From an uncultured Pleurocapsa sp. (lineage in GTDB: Bacteria > Cyanobacteriota > Cyanobacteriia > Cyanobacteriales > Xenococcaceae), in assembly GCA_965365755.1 (NCBI GenBank), contig CBDUCX010000001.1, positions 3,162-67,161 of the forward strand: 64,000 nt of DNA, written 5' to 3'. The notes under the pieces are model-generated. The model saw nothing but the letters and a program-made list of their open reading frames with translations, made no database searches and was not told the DNA's origin. A program made the position numbers and the translations under genes. This document shows positions 8,952 to 18,938 of this stretch, one piece after another. Each line of letters opens with the position of its first letter. Position 1 is the first letter of the stretch.

Positions 8952-11315
8952 CTATTTCGGCAAGTAAACTATAAAAGTAGCTCCCTGTTGAGGTTGACTG
9001 CAAGCTACAATTTTACCCTGATGGCGTTGAACGATCTTGTCACAAATAGCTAAACCCAAACCCGTACCTGCATATTTACTTTGACTATATAGGCGGTGAA
9101 AGGGAGTAAAGATTTTCTCTTGTTGTTCTGGTTCAAAGCCAATACCGTTATCGATAATGTTTATCTGATAAAAGTTATTGTCTGTCGGGCTTTGAGAGAT
9201 TTTAATTTCTGGAGTGCGATCGCTGGCGTGAAATTTGAGGGCATTTTGCAGTAAATTTTGAAATAGCTGTTGTAACTGGGAGCGATCGCCTGTAACGGTG
9301 GGTAATTCCCCAATTTTTATTTGGGCTTGGATACGACTAATTTCTGGTTCGAGATCGTATAAGACATCTTCGACAACATCTTTAAGGGATACTGGGGTAA
9401 AAGGCTGTGCTTGGGTAGTGATGCGAGCGTAGGTTAATAAGTTGACAATCAACGCTTTCATTCTTAAATTTAAGCCAGTCATTTTGGTTAAATATTCTCT
9501 GCCTTCTTCGTCTAAAACTGCACCGTAATCTTCTTGTAGAGATTCAATAAATAAATTTTGTTTGCGTAGGGGAGAAATCAAATCGTGAGATACCACACTG
9601 GCAAATTCTTCTAATTCCTGATTACTGCGTTCGAGTTCTTGTAATAAAGCGTTTAATTTAGCTTCAGCTTGTTTACGTTGGTTGATATCTTGAATTTGGG
9701 CAATAAAATATAGCGGTTTGTCTTCAATATCTTTAACCAGAGAAACGCTCAATAAAATCCAAATCCAACGACTAGAAGCCTGAAGATAGCGTTTTTCCAT
9801 TTGATAAGTACGAATTTCTCCCGCCAGCATTTGTCGCACATAATTAAGATCGAGGTCGAGATCGTCGGGATGGGTAATTTCCTGAAAAGTTTTTTGCAGT
9901 AATTCTGCTTCACTGTAACCGACAATTTCGCACAAAGAGCGATTAACTTTAATAAACCTCCCGTCAGGAGAAACTAATGCTTCTCCCGTAGCAGCATCTT
10001 CAAAGGCTAGCCGAAATCTTACTTCACTTTCTCGCAACTTGGCTTCTATTTCTTTGAGGATGGTAATATCTCGCCCTACCGCTTGATATTCGCTAATTGC
10101 TCCTGCTTTATCCAATATTAGCCGATTGTTCCATTGATTCCAACGCACCTTGCCGTTGACCCACACCCGATGGGTAATAGTTACGGTGGGATTAGTTAAG
10201 CTCATGGAGTTAATCTTTTGAGTGACTAGATCGCGATCGCGATCATAAATTAGAGGCGCAAATGGGCGATCAACTAATTGCTCTTTTTTTACCCCAAAGT
10301 AGCGACAGTAAGCTTCATTGACAAAAGAAATCGTGGAATCTGGACGATAGCGACAAATTAGTTCGGTTTGATCTTCCACAATTGCCCGAAATCGTGTTTC
10401 GGCTTCTAGTAAATTGGCATATAATTGCTGTCGCTTGCGATCGCTTTGATTTAATTTCCGAGCCATCCACCAGACAAGAAAGCTTAAAATCAATATTTCT
10501 AGAGTAATTGTGAGAGCGATCGCTATTTCCGAAGCTTGAGGCATATCTGGCACAAGCCACCAAATCAAACCACCTAGCACAGGAGGAACAATTATCATCA
10601 GAGGCAATAACCAACGAGCCATCACCCCCCCTGCTTCTTTTCTGGTCAATACTCGCATCCAACCCCTTTCTGAACGAGTAGCCAGCAAAGCACCAGACAA
10701 CAAAAGAAAGCCAATACTAGTGTGAATTGCCACCCCTGTGGACGAACCAGCAGTATAGAGGAGACGGACATAATAGAGATGTCCGATTAGACTAGCAGCA
10801 GCGATCGCTAAAATGCCAATTATTAATAGTTGAGCAGTTAAATAATATTCTCGAACTAAACATAAAATTGCCGTATTCAGTAGTAAAAATCCCCAAGCGG
10901 TGGGAGGCGACATTCTACCTCGAACTACCGCATCTATTGCATCGGGAGAATCGGGCAAGGCAAGCCAACTTGTACCTAAATCGAGGTTAAAACCATATTC
11001 AATTAAAGTTATTAAACTAAAAGCGATCGCGATACTAGGTAAGAGATACAAGGCAACTCTAACAATTACACGCTGATTCTTTTGCTGTTGATGCCATAAC
11101 AGTAAAGCAATTCCCCCCATGATCAAACCAAGAGCGGTACTAACTTTCATGGTTACCCGATGGGCAATAATGCTTTTGAGCCAAGTTATGTCAAACAGCC
11201 AACCCACAATGACACTACTGCCTAAACAAATAACAATCATACAGATAATTATCGACGCATAACGTAGTTGACTGGGTAATTTAGCTGCTTGCGATCGCTT
11301 TTGGATGAGGGACAT
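8952..11315 (-). CDS. Orphan membrane sensor histidine kinase: multi-TM - PAS - PAS - HisKA - HATPase
   Basis: Several N-terminal hydrophobic helices. PAS motifs (FVNEAYC; THPDDL). H-box VSHDLISPLR, QNLLQNALKF, DNGIGF and GTGLGLA. Confidence 0.9.
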   Translation of the reverse strand: MSLIQKRSQAAKLPSQLRYASIIICMIVICLGSSVIVGWLFDITWLKSIIAHRVTMKVSTALGLIMGGIALLLWHQQQKNQRVIVRVALYLLPSIAIAFSLITLIEYGFNLDLGTSWLALPDSPDAIDAVVRGRMSPPTAWGFLLLNTAILCLVREYYLTAQLLIIGILAIAAASLIGHLYYVRLLYTAGSSTGVAIHTSIGFLLLSGALLATRSERGWMRVLTRKEAGGVMARWLLPLMIIVPPVLGGLIWWLVPDMPQASEIAIALTITLEILILSFLVWWMARKLNQSDRKRQQLYANLLEAETRFRAIVEDQTELICRYRPDSTISFVNEAYCRYFGVKKEQLVDRPFAPLIYDRDRDLVTQKINSMSLTNPTVTITHRVWVNGKVRWNQWNNRLILDKAGAISEYQAVGRDITILKEIEAKLRESEVRFRLAFEDAATGEALVSPDGRFIKVNRSLCEIVGYSEAELLQKTFQEITHPDDLDLDLNYVRQMLAGEIRTYQMEKRYLQASSRWIWILLSVSLVKDIEDKPLYFIAQIQDINQRKQAEAKLNALLQELERSNQELEEFASVVSHDLISPLRKQNLFIESLQEDYGAVLDEEGREYLTKMTGLNLRMKALIVNLLTYARITTQAQPFTPVSLKDVVEDVLYDLEPEISRIQAQIKIGELPTVTGDRSQLQQLFQNLLQNALKFHASDRTPEIKISQSPTDNNFYQINIIDNGIGFEPEQQEKIFTPFHRLYSQSKYAGTGLGLAICDKIVQRHQGKIVACSQPQQGATFIVYLPK

Positions 11316-11485
11316 GGAAAGGTACTGGGTGATTTTTCCTCAGAGTGGGAAATATTGCTTTGGTTAGATACATCTAAGGGCAAGGTTGAAGTTAAATATT
11401 AAAAGAACCAATTTATTTTAAGATCTTGGCAAATCCGCTTCAGCAACAGAAATTTTTAATCAAGTAAACATTTCTATAATTTATT

Positions 11486-11803
11486 ATGATCTCAATTTTA
11501 ACGAACTTGATCGCCGTAGTTTTGGTGAGTATGGCGATCGCTTTATGTTCTGCTAATTCGGCTCTAGCGGATACAGTTAAATCCAACAGCAGCGATACTT
11601 TACGACAAGCAGCCCAAGAAGTAGTCAAAAACACGGGAGTTAAAGAGCAGTTCGGTCAATCGGAAAATGGCGATCGCCTGTTAGACCAAGCTCAAGAAAA
11701 AGCCAGCCATAAGCTAGACAATCTAGCGCAAGAGGCTGATTCCGAACCAGAACTTCCCGCAAGTAAAAAGCTATTTATCAAAAATTTAACCAATCAATCG
11801 TGA
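11486..11803 (+). CDS. Hypothetical secreted protein
   Basis: Signal peptide ending in ALA, followed by a Q/E/K/A-rich helical body. Confidence 0.6.
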   Translation: MISILTNLIAVVLVSMAIALCSANSALADTVKSNSSDTLRQAAQEVVKNTGVKEQFGQSENGDRLLDQAQEKASHKLDNLAQEADSEPELPASKKLFIKNLTNQS

Positions 11804-11849
11804 CTTTTCATATTTATGGTCTAATAAAAAATCAGAGGAGTAATAAGAA

Positions 11850-12023
11850 GTGAATCAGCAAAATTTAGGCGAGTAAGCTATTGCTAAAGTGATAGAAATT
11901 GTCGTAGATAGTCAATTAGATAGAGTTTAAAATGCTATGTTTAAAATTAATAGAATCGATCTCAAGCAGGGCAAAATAACTCTCGGTGGTAAAGCTTTAA
12001 TCAACGACTTCCCAACACAATAA
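11850..12023 (+). pseudogene. Probable DUF2993 (LmeA-like) remnant: N- and C-terminal stumps only
   Basis: RBS GAGGAG then GTG-NQQNLGE*AIAKVIEIVVDSQLDRV*, followed by MFKINRIDLKQGKITLGGKALINDFPTQ*. Both resemble my recollection of the termini of cyanobacterial DUF2993 proteins. Confidence 0.4.
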
Positions 12024-12237
12024 TTAACTATAGTCGGTTGTTAATTTTGATACATTATATTTTTTTTGTTGGGGTAATTGAGAAGAATTTATACAAGTTT
12101 AATTTGTATTACTCATTACTTGATTTTACTAAGTAATTTAACTATTTAATCACGCCCAATCTCGGTGCAATATTCTTTGTTTTACTCGGTATCTTTGGCT
12201 TGGCATTTCCTCCTTGTGATGGGTTCGGAAGGATAGA

Positions 12238-12292
12238 TAGTTAGTAGTTAGTAGTTAGTAGTTAGTAGTTAGTAGTTAGTAGTTAGTAGTTA
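12238..12292. repeat. Heptamer tandem repeat (TAGTTAG) x ~7.9 at the 3' end of mnmE
   Basis: Direct reading of the sequence; STRR-like cyanobacterial repeat. Confidence 0.95.
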
Positions 12293-12296
12293 TTAT

Positions 12297-13673
12297 CTAC
12301 TTTCCGATACAGAAGCGGCTAAAAATTCGGTCTAGTACAGATTCCGTGACTTCTTCTCCCGTAATTTCTCCTAGAGCTTGAATTGCGCCCCTGAGGTCAA
12401 TTGTCCAAAAATCCAACGGCAGTTGATTGGCGACAGTTTCTTGTACTTGTTCTAAGGCTACTTTAGCCCTGGTTAAAGCAGATGCCTGTCTTTGATTAAC
12501 TGCCACTTCAGAGTTAGCTGCCGTAACTGATCCCTGACGAGTTAAGGAAAGAATCTCTGTTTCTAAATCCGTAATCCCCTGATTATAGGCGGCACTAGTG
12601 TAAACTACCTGCTGGATCTCTGGGGGGTATTTAACCGACTGGGGAGAAGCTAAATCGGCTTTATTGATTACCAGAATTAGAGGGTAATTTTTGACCTGCT
12701 CATATATTTCCCAGTCGGCAGTTGTCCAGCCCAGTTGAGCGTCAACGGTTAATAAGACTAAATCTGCCGTTGCTGCTGCGTCACGCGATCGCTCTACTCC
12801 AATTTTTTCTACAGTATCGGCAGTTTCTCTAATCCCTGCAGTGTCTAATACTTGGACGGGAATTCCCCCCACAACCAAAGTGGACTCAATCACATCACGA
12901 GTTGTCCCTGGAAGATCGGTCACGATCGCGCGATCGCTTTTACTCCAAGCATTAAGTAGGCTAGATTTCCCAACGTTAGGACAGCCGACAATCGCCACTT
13001 TTAAGCCATTTCTCAATAATTCTCCTTGTTCTGCCGTAGCTAAAATATGTTCAACTTTAAGCAATACTTGCTGTAGTTGCTGTTCAATTTCTGCTTCATT
13101 TAGAGGTGGAAGATCGTCAGCAAAATCAATTCTGGCTTCCACTTCCGCTAAAATATCCAAGCAAACATTTCTCAAATCGCGAATGGGACTGCCTAGTTTG
13201 CCCTGTAAACCAGCTAAAGCAACTTGCGAGGCGGCTTGTGATTGAGCAGATACTAATTCCGCAATACTTTCAGCTTGAGTTAGATCAATTCTACCGTTAA
13301 GGAAAGCTCTTAGACTGAATTCCCCTGGTTGAGCTAATCTCGCTCCTTGAGTAACGCACAGTTGCAAAACTGATTGCACCGCAATAATCCCACCGTGGCA
13401 GTGAAATTCCACTACATCTTCACGGGTAAAAGAACGGGGTTGTAGCATTAAAAGTAATAATGCTTCGTCTACCACCTGTTTCGTTTCAGGATGACGAACA
13501 TAACCATAAAGAATGCGATGAGTTGACCATTCCTGCTTTCCTGGAGAGTGAAATAGGGTTTTAGCGATCGCCAGAGACTTGGCTCCTGATAAGCGCACAA
13601 TACCGACACTACCCTGCTGTGGCATGATAGCAGTGGCGATCGCAACTATGGTTTCTCCCTGAACTAAAGACAT
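12297..13673 (-). CDS. mnmE: tRNA modification GTPase MnmE
   Basis: [27 protein letters not shown] and C-terminal FCIGK. Confidence 0.97.
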   Translation of the reverse strand: MSLVQGETIVAIATAIMPQQGSVGIVRLSGAKSLAIAKTLFHSPGKQEWSTHRILYGYVRHPETKQVVDEALLLLMLQPRSFTREDVVEFHCHGGIIAVQSVLQLCVTQGARLAQPGEFSLRAFLNGRIDLTQAESIAELVSAQSQAASQVALAGLQGKLGSPIRDLRNVCLDILAEVEARIDFADDLPPLNEAEIEQQLQQVLLKVEHILATAEQGELLRNGLKVAIVGCPNVGKSSLLNAWSKSDRAIVTDLPGTTRDVIESTLVVGGIPVQVLDTAGIRETADTVEKIGVERSRDAAATADLVLLTVDAQLGWTTADWEIYEQVKNYPLILVINKADLASPQSVKYPPEIQQVVYTSAAYNQGITDLETEILSLTRQGSVTAANSEVAVNQRQASALTRAKVALEQVQETVANQLPLDFWTIDLRGAIQALGEITGEEVTESVLDRIFSRFCIGK

Positions 13674-13913
13674 TGAAAAGGCTTGATATATGGGCTTCGT
13701 CTATATTAACTTGACTTGTTCGAGCTATCAGCCATAAACCGATGAATTCACATTATTAGAAATGTTCCTATTGGGGAAGAATTTTGATCAATGGCAGGTT
13801 GAATATTCCAGCATCCAGACCGCGATTACCCTCTCAAAGCATTTAAGATAGATAGAATCAATAGTACTATTTTATAGCCTATAATTTAGGTACTAGTATC
13901 TAGTCTAATTACT

Positions 13914-14147
13914 ATGCCTCAAATAAAAATTGTTCTCAATGAAACCGAAACTAATTTTATCAAAAACTATTCCCGATATGGGTTCAAAAGCAAAACTGCA
14001 TTAGTTAACGAAGCTGTATCTGCATATCGTAAGCAATTACGAGAGAAAGCAATTGCGGAATCTGCCGATCTCTATCAAGAAATCTACGAATCAGATCAAG
14101 AACTTCAAGAATTAACTGACGATGCTGCTGGTTTATGTCTGGAGTAG
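13914..14147 (+). CDS. Antitoxin (ribbon-helix-helix type) of a MazF/PemK pair
   Basis: 77 aa acidic ORF overlapping the downstream toxin. Palindrome AATAGTACTATT at 13860-13871 is a candidate operator. Confidence 0.7.
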   Translation: MPQIKIVLNETETNFIKNYSRYGFKSKTALVNEAVSAYRKQLREKAIAESADLYQEIYESDQELQELTDDAAGLCLE

Positions 14148-14506
14148 GAAACTTTCGTCCCAAACGAGGGATCATTGCCGACTTTAATTTAGATCCCACA
14201 AAAGGTAGTGAGACAGGTAAGATTCGACCATGCATTATAGTTTCCAATGATATTTACAATCAAAAACTAAGTGTCATTCAGGTTGTCCCAATTACTCAAT
14301 GGTCAGAAAAAAAAGCTAGGATTATTACCAATGTACTACTCAATCCCAGCAAAGAAAACGGACTAGCGAAAAAGTCGATTGCTGACTGTTTACAAACTCG
14401 TCCCATAGATTATCCTAAACGTTATGTTAGTCAGCGTGGTCAACTCAATGAGCAATTGCTACTAGAAATTGACGAAGCATTAAAAATAATTTTTGCCCTT
14501 GAATAG
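14135..14506 (+). CDS. mazF: MazF/PemK family endoribonuclease toxin
   Basis: LDPTKGSETGKIRPCIIVSND..N and VVPIT motifs. Confidence 0.9.
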   Translation: MSGVGNFRPKRGIIADFNLDPTKGSETGKIRPCIIVSNDIYNQKLSVIQVVPITQWSEKKARIITNVLLNPSKENGLAKKSIADCLQTRPIDYPKRYVSQRGQLNEQLLLEIDEALKIIFALE

Positions 14507-14544
14507 TTCAGGCGATCCGAAGGCTACGGGTCGCGTAATCGCTA
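14507..14544. repeat. REP-like hairpin repeat downstream of mazF
   Basis: GCGATCCG-AAGGCTA-CGGGTCGC stem followed by GTAATCGCT. Confidence 0.6.
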
Positions 14545-14604
14545 ATCTAAAAACGATTAAAATTCAACAACTATGATCGCTAAATCTTCAAACTCTTAGC
14601 TAGT

Positions 14605-14919
14605 TTAGCTCGCAGGTTGAGCCAAGAGAGGATCTAACTCATTTTTAGCATCCAAATCATAGAGATCATCACAACCTCCCACATGACGATCATTGATAAA
14701 AATCTGGGGTACAGTTCTCTTGCCATTTGCTCTGTTCGCCATATTATTGCGGGCGTTGTCGTTGCCATCAATCTTATACTCAGTAAAATCGACTCCTTTC
14801 CACCACAAAAGTAGTTTGGCACGGATACAGAAAGGGCAGGTAGCCCAAGTATAGATCTCAACCTTAGCTTTGATGCGTTCTGGATGGCGGTTGAGAATGG
14901 GATTGAGAAAATCTAGCAT
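14605..14919 (-). CDS. grxC: Glutaredoxin 3
   Basis: CPFC active site, TVPQIFI and GGCDD motifs. Start placed at MLDFL. Confidence 0.92.
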   Translation of the reverse strand: MLDFLNPILNRHPERIKAKVEIYTWATCPFCIRAKLLLWWKGVDFTEYKIDGNDNARNNMANRANGKRTVPQIFINDRHVGGCDDLYDLDAKNELDPLLAQPAS

Positions 14920-15005
14920 AATTAAGAAATGCGATCGCAAACTTGAAGATTGGGTCTGATCTTTAGATGATAATATATTTCGTGATATTCAGAGCGTAAC
15001 TAACA

Positions 15006-15929
15006 ATGGACTTCACCGCTATATTACCAACATTTATTGTCACCTTACGAGAAGGATTTGAGGCGGCTTTAGTTGTCGGGATAGTCATGGCTTGTCTGAA
15101 GAAAGCAGGACAAACACAACTCTATCGCTGGGTTTACTTGGGAATTTTGGGGGGAATTATTGCTAGTATTGCCGTCGGTTTTTTATTAACTGGTTTGGTG
15201 TCTGGTGTAGAGACTGCGGGAGGAATTTATGCTTCTGTAGTTAAACAGTTACTAGAGGGGATTTTTGGCTTAGTGGCGATCGCTATGCTCAGTTGGATGC
15301 TGCTGTGGATGACTAAACAGGCAAAATCTCTCAAAGGAGAGGTAGAAGGAGCAATTAGCTCGGCTTTAAGAGATGATAGTGCTGGAAAGGCAACATTTCT
15401 CTTAATCTTTATTGCAGTGGTGCGAGAAGGTTTTGAAACGGTCTTATTTATTTTGGCCAAGTTTCAGCAGGATTGGACATTACCCGCTGTGGGTGCAGTG
15501 GCGGGTTTATCTCTCGCTAGCATTATGGGAGTAGCTTTGTTTTCCTTGGGAGTACGAATTAATATTCGTCTCTTTTTTCAGGTGATGGGAATATTTTTAT
15601 TATTAATTGTCGCTGGTTTAGTCGTGGGTGCATTGAAGCACTTTGATACTGCTTTGACTTTATTAAATCAACTAACTCTTAATCAGCTATGTTTATTTAA
15701 TAATGGCTCTTGCATTCTCGGTACTCAGGTGTGGGATGGTTCTAATCTATTACCTGACAAAGAATTTCCAGGTATTATCTTAAAAGCTTTGTTTGGCTAC
15801 CGACAAACTTTATATCTCGTACAGATTATTGCCTATTTTTCTTTTCTGTTAGTAGTTGGCACTGCATATTTTCGGAGTCTTGGTATCAAGTTGTTCTTGA
15901 ATAATCAACAATCAACTTCTTCTTCTTAA
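15006..15929 (+). CDS. ftr1: FTR1/EfeU family iron permease
   Basis: Two REGFE motifs and multiple TM helices. Confidence 0.92.
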   Translation: MDFTAILPTFIVTLREGFEAALVVGIVMACLKKAGQTQLYRWVYLGILGGIIASIAVGFLLTGLVSGVETAGGIYASVVKQLLEGIFGLVAIAMLSWMLLWMTKQAKSLKGEVEGAISSALRDDSAGKATFLLIFIAVVREGFETVLFILAKFQQDWTLPAVGAVAGLSLASIMGVALFSLGVRINIRLFFQVMGIFLLLIVAGLVVGALKHFDTALTLLNQLTLNQLCLFNNGSCILGTQVWDGSNLLPDKEFPGIILKALFGYRQTLYLVQIIAYFSFLLVVGTAYFRSLGIKLFLNNQQSTSSS

Positions 15930-16294
15930 ACTCTGATGTTAGCCAATACAATGAACGATACAAACAAATACAAATAAGTTATTCCCTCTTTATTTCTAAT
16001 TCAGAACTCCGAACTCTATTTCCCCAGTTTGTATTAAGCAATGTAACAAAATTGCAGAAAATTCATACTTAGTCGAGATAGATCAAAAGAAGCTTACAAA
16101 GAAATATTTGTAGGTGGCTAAAATACGATCGCTTTTATCTATTTCCTCTAGCTCTGGGGCGATCGCTTTTCTGGAAATTTCTGTAACCGAATCATAGGTA
16201 GGATTTTACGAAATTGGTTGAATAAACGGCACATGATCTCTTCATCAGAAATAGATAGGATTAGCAGCAAGTTAACTAATTCAAAACTTAAGAT

Positions 16295-16774
16295 TCACTC
16301 CAGAGGATCGCAACGAATTTCAACAATAAAGCCGTCAGGATCATAAACATAAAACCCTCTACCAGTCAGACGAGTTACCACATCTATTGCCACAGGAACT
16401 TGCAGTTGTTTTAAAGTTTGTACCGCCTGATCAAATAGCTGAGGAGCGATATCGAATGCTAGATGATTAGCACGGGTAAACTGTTTCTCTGGATCAGAAT
16501 CGGGGGGGGATAAATCGGGTTCGGCAAATAAATCCAGAATTATACCGTCAGGAGTTTTAAAATTACAGACTTTTCCTGCTGCAACTAACTCTACTAAAGT
16601 AGATGGCACTTCTTTCCCCACTAGCTGATGCAAACCCAAAATACTGCCATAAAAAAGCTTTGATGCCTCCATATCCTTGACATTCAAAGCAATATGATGC
16701 ACTTTCCTCAAAGTACCAACTGCTAACCCCTGAGACAATTGTTTTTGAAGCTGTTCCTGAAGCATAGCTACCAA
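16295..16774 (-). CDS. VOC/glyoxalase family protein
   Basis: HHIALNV, HLAFDI and YVYDPDG..VEI motifs. Confidence 0.85.
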   Translation of the reverse strand: MVAMLQEQLQKQLSQGLAVGTLRKVHHIALNVKDMEASKLFYGSILGLHQLVGKEVPSTLVELVAAGKVCNFKTPDGIILDLFAEPDLSPPDSDPEKQFTRANHLAFDIAPQLFDQAVQTLKQLQVPVAIDVVTRLTGRGFYVYDPDGFIVEIRCDPLE

Positions 16775-16815
16775 TCCCTGTTGACTGTTACTGTTAAATG
16801 CTAAATGCTAACTGA

Positions 16816-17031
16816 TTAACGTAATTCTACACGATGGGTTGTTCCCGCAATGGTAACGCGATCGCCTGTAACTAATTTGCGTCCTCGTCTCGTTTCTTCT
16901 TCTCCGTTTACCTCAACCCCTCCCTGTTGGATCATAATTTTAGCTTCGCCTCCAGTTTGGGCAATTCCTTGCCATTTAAGAAACTGATCGAGTTTGATAT
17001 ATGATTTTGATTTTAATGTTGAATCATTCAT
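16816..17031 (-). CDS. S4-like RNA-binding protein (YaaA type)
   Basis: IKLDQFLK..TGGEAK..V.VNGE.ETRRGRKL. Confidence 0.88.
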   Translation of the reverse strand: MNDSTLKSKSYIKLDQFLKWQGIAQTGGEAKIMIQQGGVEVNGEEETRRGRKLVTGDRVTIAGTTHRVELR

Positions 17032-17118
17032 GAGTTTTTGAAAGGATAAAACTTTTTAAGCTTTTTATATAAAGGGAGACTATCTATAAATTTATCTAGG
17101 TTGCTAATATTAGCACTA

Positions 17119-17476
17119 ATGCCAAAAGATATTGCCAAATTAATTCCCAATGCAGAAAATGCAGCTGTTGATATTCGCAAGTTGCGGGATTATTGTCTCA
17201 ATTTAGAACATAGTACAGGTAAACATAAAGCGCGACTTTTTCTTTCTACGCTAGGGATGACGGCAGAGAATGCGCCTGAGTTACGTCAAATTTTGCTAAA
17301 AAAAAATTATTACAACCTATCCAGCTAAGCTGGGAAGAAAAGACACATTTGGACAACGTTATACTCTAGATTTTATCTTGGAATGGCAAAATAAAAAGAT
17401 AGTCATTCGCAGTGGCTGGATTATTGAAAGTGATTCATCAATTCCCCACTTGACCAGTTGCTACCCTCTCACATGA
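17119..17476 (+). pseudogene. DUF6883-like protein, frameshifted at an A9 run
   Basis: KLRDYCLN.EH..GKHKARLF in frame 0. After A9 (17298-17306) the +1 frame continues ITTYPAKLGRKDTFGQRYTLDF..IRSGWII..PHLTSCYPLT*. Confidence 0.7.
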
Positions 17477-17497
17477 GCCTTGGAGGTAAACCTAAAA

Positions 17498-17715
17498 ATG
17501 ACAACCAAAAATATTAAACTCCTTGATGTAGTGGCATTAACAGTTAATCTCCCCAAAGACAATCTTTGGCGGGGTCAAGTTGGAACTATAGTTAAAATTT
17601 TGGTGATAAACAAGGACGCACTTATGAATCTTTGGGTTTGCTTCCCGAACAGTTTATGGTGTTACAATTTGAGCCAGCTAGCCCCAATTCCCAATCTGAG
17701 ATGGCGACAGTGTAA
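17498..17715 (+). pseudogene. DUF4926 protein with internal deletion and frameshift
   Basis: IKLLDVVAL..LP..NLWRGQVGTIV then a jump at ~17603 into another frame reading DKQGRTYESLGLLPEQFMVLQFEP..*. The usual FEVEF segment is absent. Confidence 0.7.
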
Positions 17716-17764
17716 GTGTATCAGAAATAGTCTAAATGCGATCGCAGGATCTTGAATTTTAATT

Positions 17765-18268
17765 TTATTTCTTACCTTGAACTTGTTTAACTAAATGGTT
17801 TAATTCGGGCAAAATTAGCTGATTCATGGCTAATTTTACGGCATTAGAAGATCCAGGCAAGGAAAAGATCAATTTTTGGTTTTTTACCCCAGCTACAGCG
17901 CGAGAAGCGATCGCTCTGGAGCCAATTTCCTGATAGCTTAAATAGCGAAATATTTCCCCAAAACCAGGAATAGTCTTATCCAACCAGTTGCTAATCACGT
18001 CGTAGGTTGTATCTCTGGGGGCAATTCCCGTTCCACCATTAAAAATGATTGCTGACAGTTCAAATTGATAGTCACAATAGGTCAACAAATCCTGAATCTG
18101 TTTTGGCTCGTCCTTGACAATGCTATAGAACCAGATTTGATGTTTCGCATCTGATAATAATTGCTTGATTATTTGACCACTTTTGTCAGTCTCTGGAGTA
18201 CGAGTATCACTGACGGTGATGATGGCGCATTTAACGGCAATATCTTGAGAATCTGGGTGAGGAATCAT
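17765..18268 (-). CDS. moaB: MogA/MoaB molybdenum cofactor biosynthesis protein
   Basis: IITVSD.R..D.SG, NGGTG..RD.T and SLPGS motifs. Confidence 0.9.
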   Translation of the reverse strand: MIPHPDSQDIAVKCAIITVSDTRTPETDKSGQIIKQLLSDAKHQIWFYSIVKDEPKQIQDLLTYCDYQFELSAIIFNGGTGIAPRDTTYDVISNWLDKTIPGFGEIFRYLSYQEIGSRAIASRAVAGVKNQKLIFSLPGSSNAVKLAMNQLILPELNHLVKQVQGKK

Positions 18269-18465
18269 GGGAGGAGAGATATCGCAGTACGTTAACTGGT
18301 TAGGACAAGTTTAGTTAATTGCTCGTAAGTAACAAGTAGCATGTGTCCTAATGTAACTGCCTATTGCTATATTATCGGGAAATTTCAGTTATATTCAACG
18401 CAATTTCCCGAATTTTATAAATTATCCTGATTTATTAATATCTAGAATTAATTAAGATTTAAGAT

Positions 18466-18792
18466 TTACTTAGCTAAGCCGTGTTGTTCGGCGTATTTAT
18501 TCATAAAGCGAACAAAACGTTCAAACTCATCGGCTGATTTCATAATTAACACAGCTTCAATAGCTCTCGCCTCGCCATTGATAAATTTGCCTTTGACTTC
18601 TTTACTAAAAATCTCTCCTTCATCGTCAATTAGGTACATACCAGTTATTTCATCACTGCTCTCTTTACTCAGAATTTTGGGGTCTTCAAAATAAAAAGTA
18701 GCAGTCCCAGTGTTTCCTGTTTTCGACCGAGTAACTCTGACATCAGGAACTATATCTTCGGTTACACCTCTAGCAAATTGAATTTCTGCCAC
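18466..18792 (-). CDS. psb28: Photosystem II assembly factor Psb28
   Basis: AEIQF.RG..E...PDVR.TRS and RFM..YA motifs. Confidence 0.93.
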   Translation of the reverse strand: MAEIQFARGVTEDIVPDVRVTRSKTGNTGTATFYFEDPKILSKESSDEITGMYLIDDEGEIFSKEVKGKFINGEARAIEAVLIMKSADEFERFVRFMNKYAEQHGLAK

Positions 18793-18938
18793 TTTTAAAA
18801 CCCCTTTTCTTTACAATCTGTTAATAACTCTTAATCATCTCATAAATTAAGGACGAGCATACGGATTTATGACAATTCTACTGAAGATTTTTTTCAACCG
18901 AAGAATATTAGCTCGCGATTGATCCCAATTGATCCCGG

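Noticed and set aside
12238-12292. Possible CRISPR array
   Set aside because: Pure 7-bp tandem repeat without spacers. No cas genes are present; the Cas4-like motif at 55.1-55.9 kb belongs to an AddB-type protein
13700-13860. Possible gene remnant between mnmE and the mazEF pair
   Set aside because: Short open stretches without an identifiable motif
14960-14985. Fur-box-like ATGATAAT upstream of the FTR1 permease
   Set aside because: Only about 11/19 match to the consensus; plausible but not supportable from sequence alone
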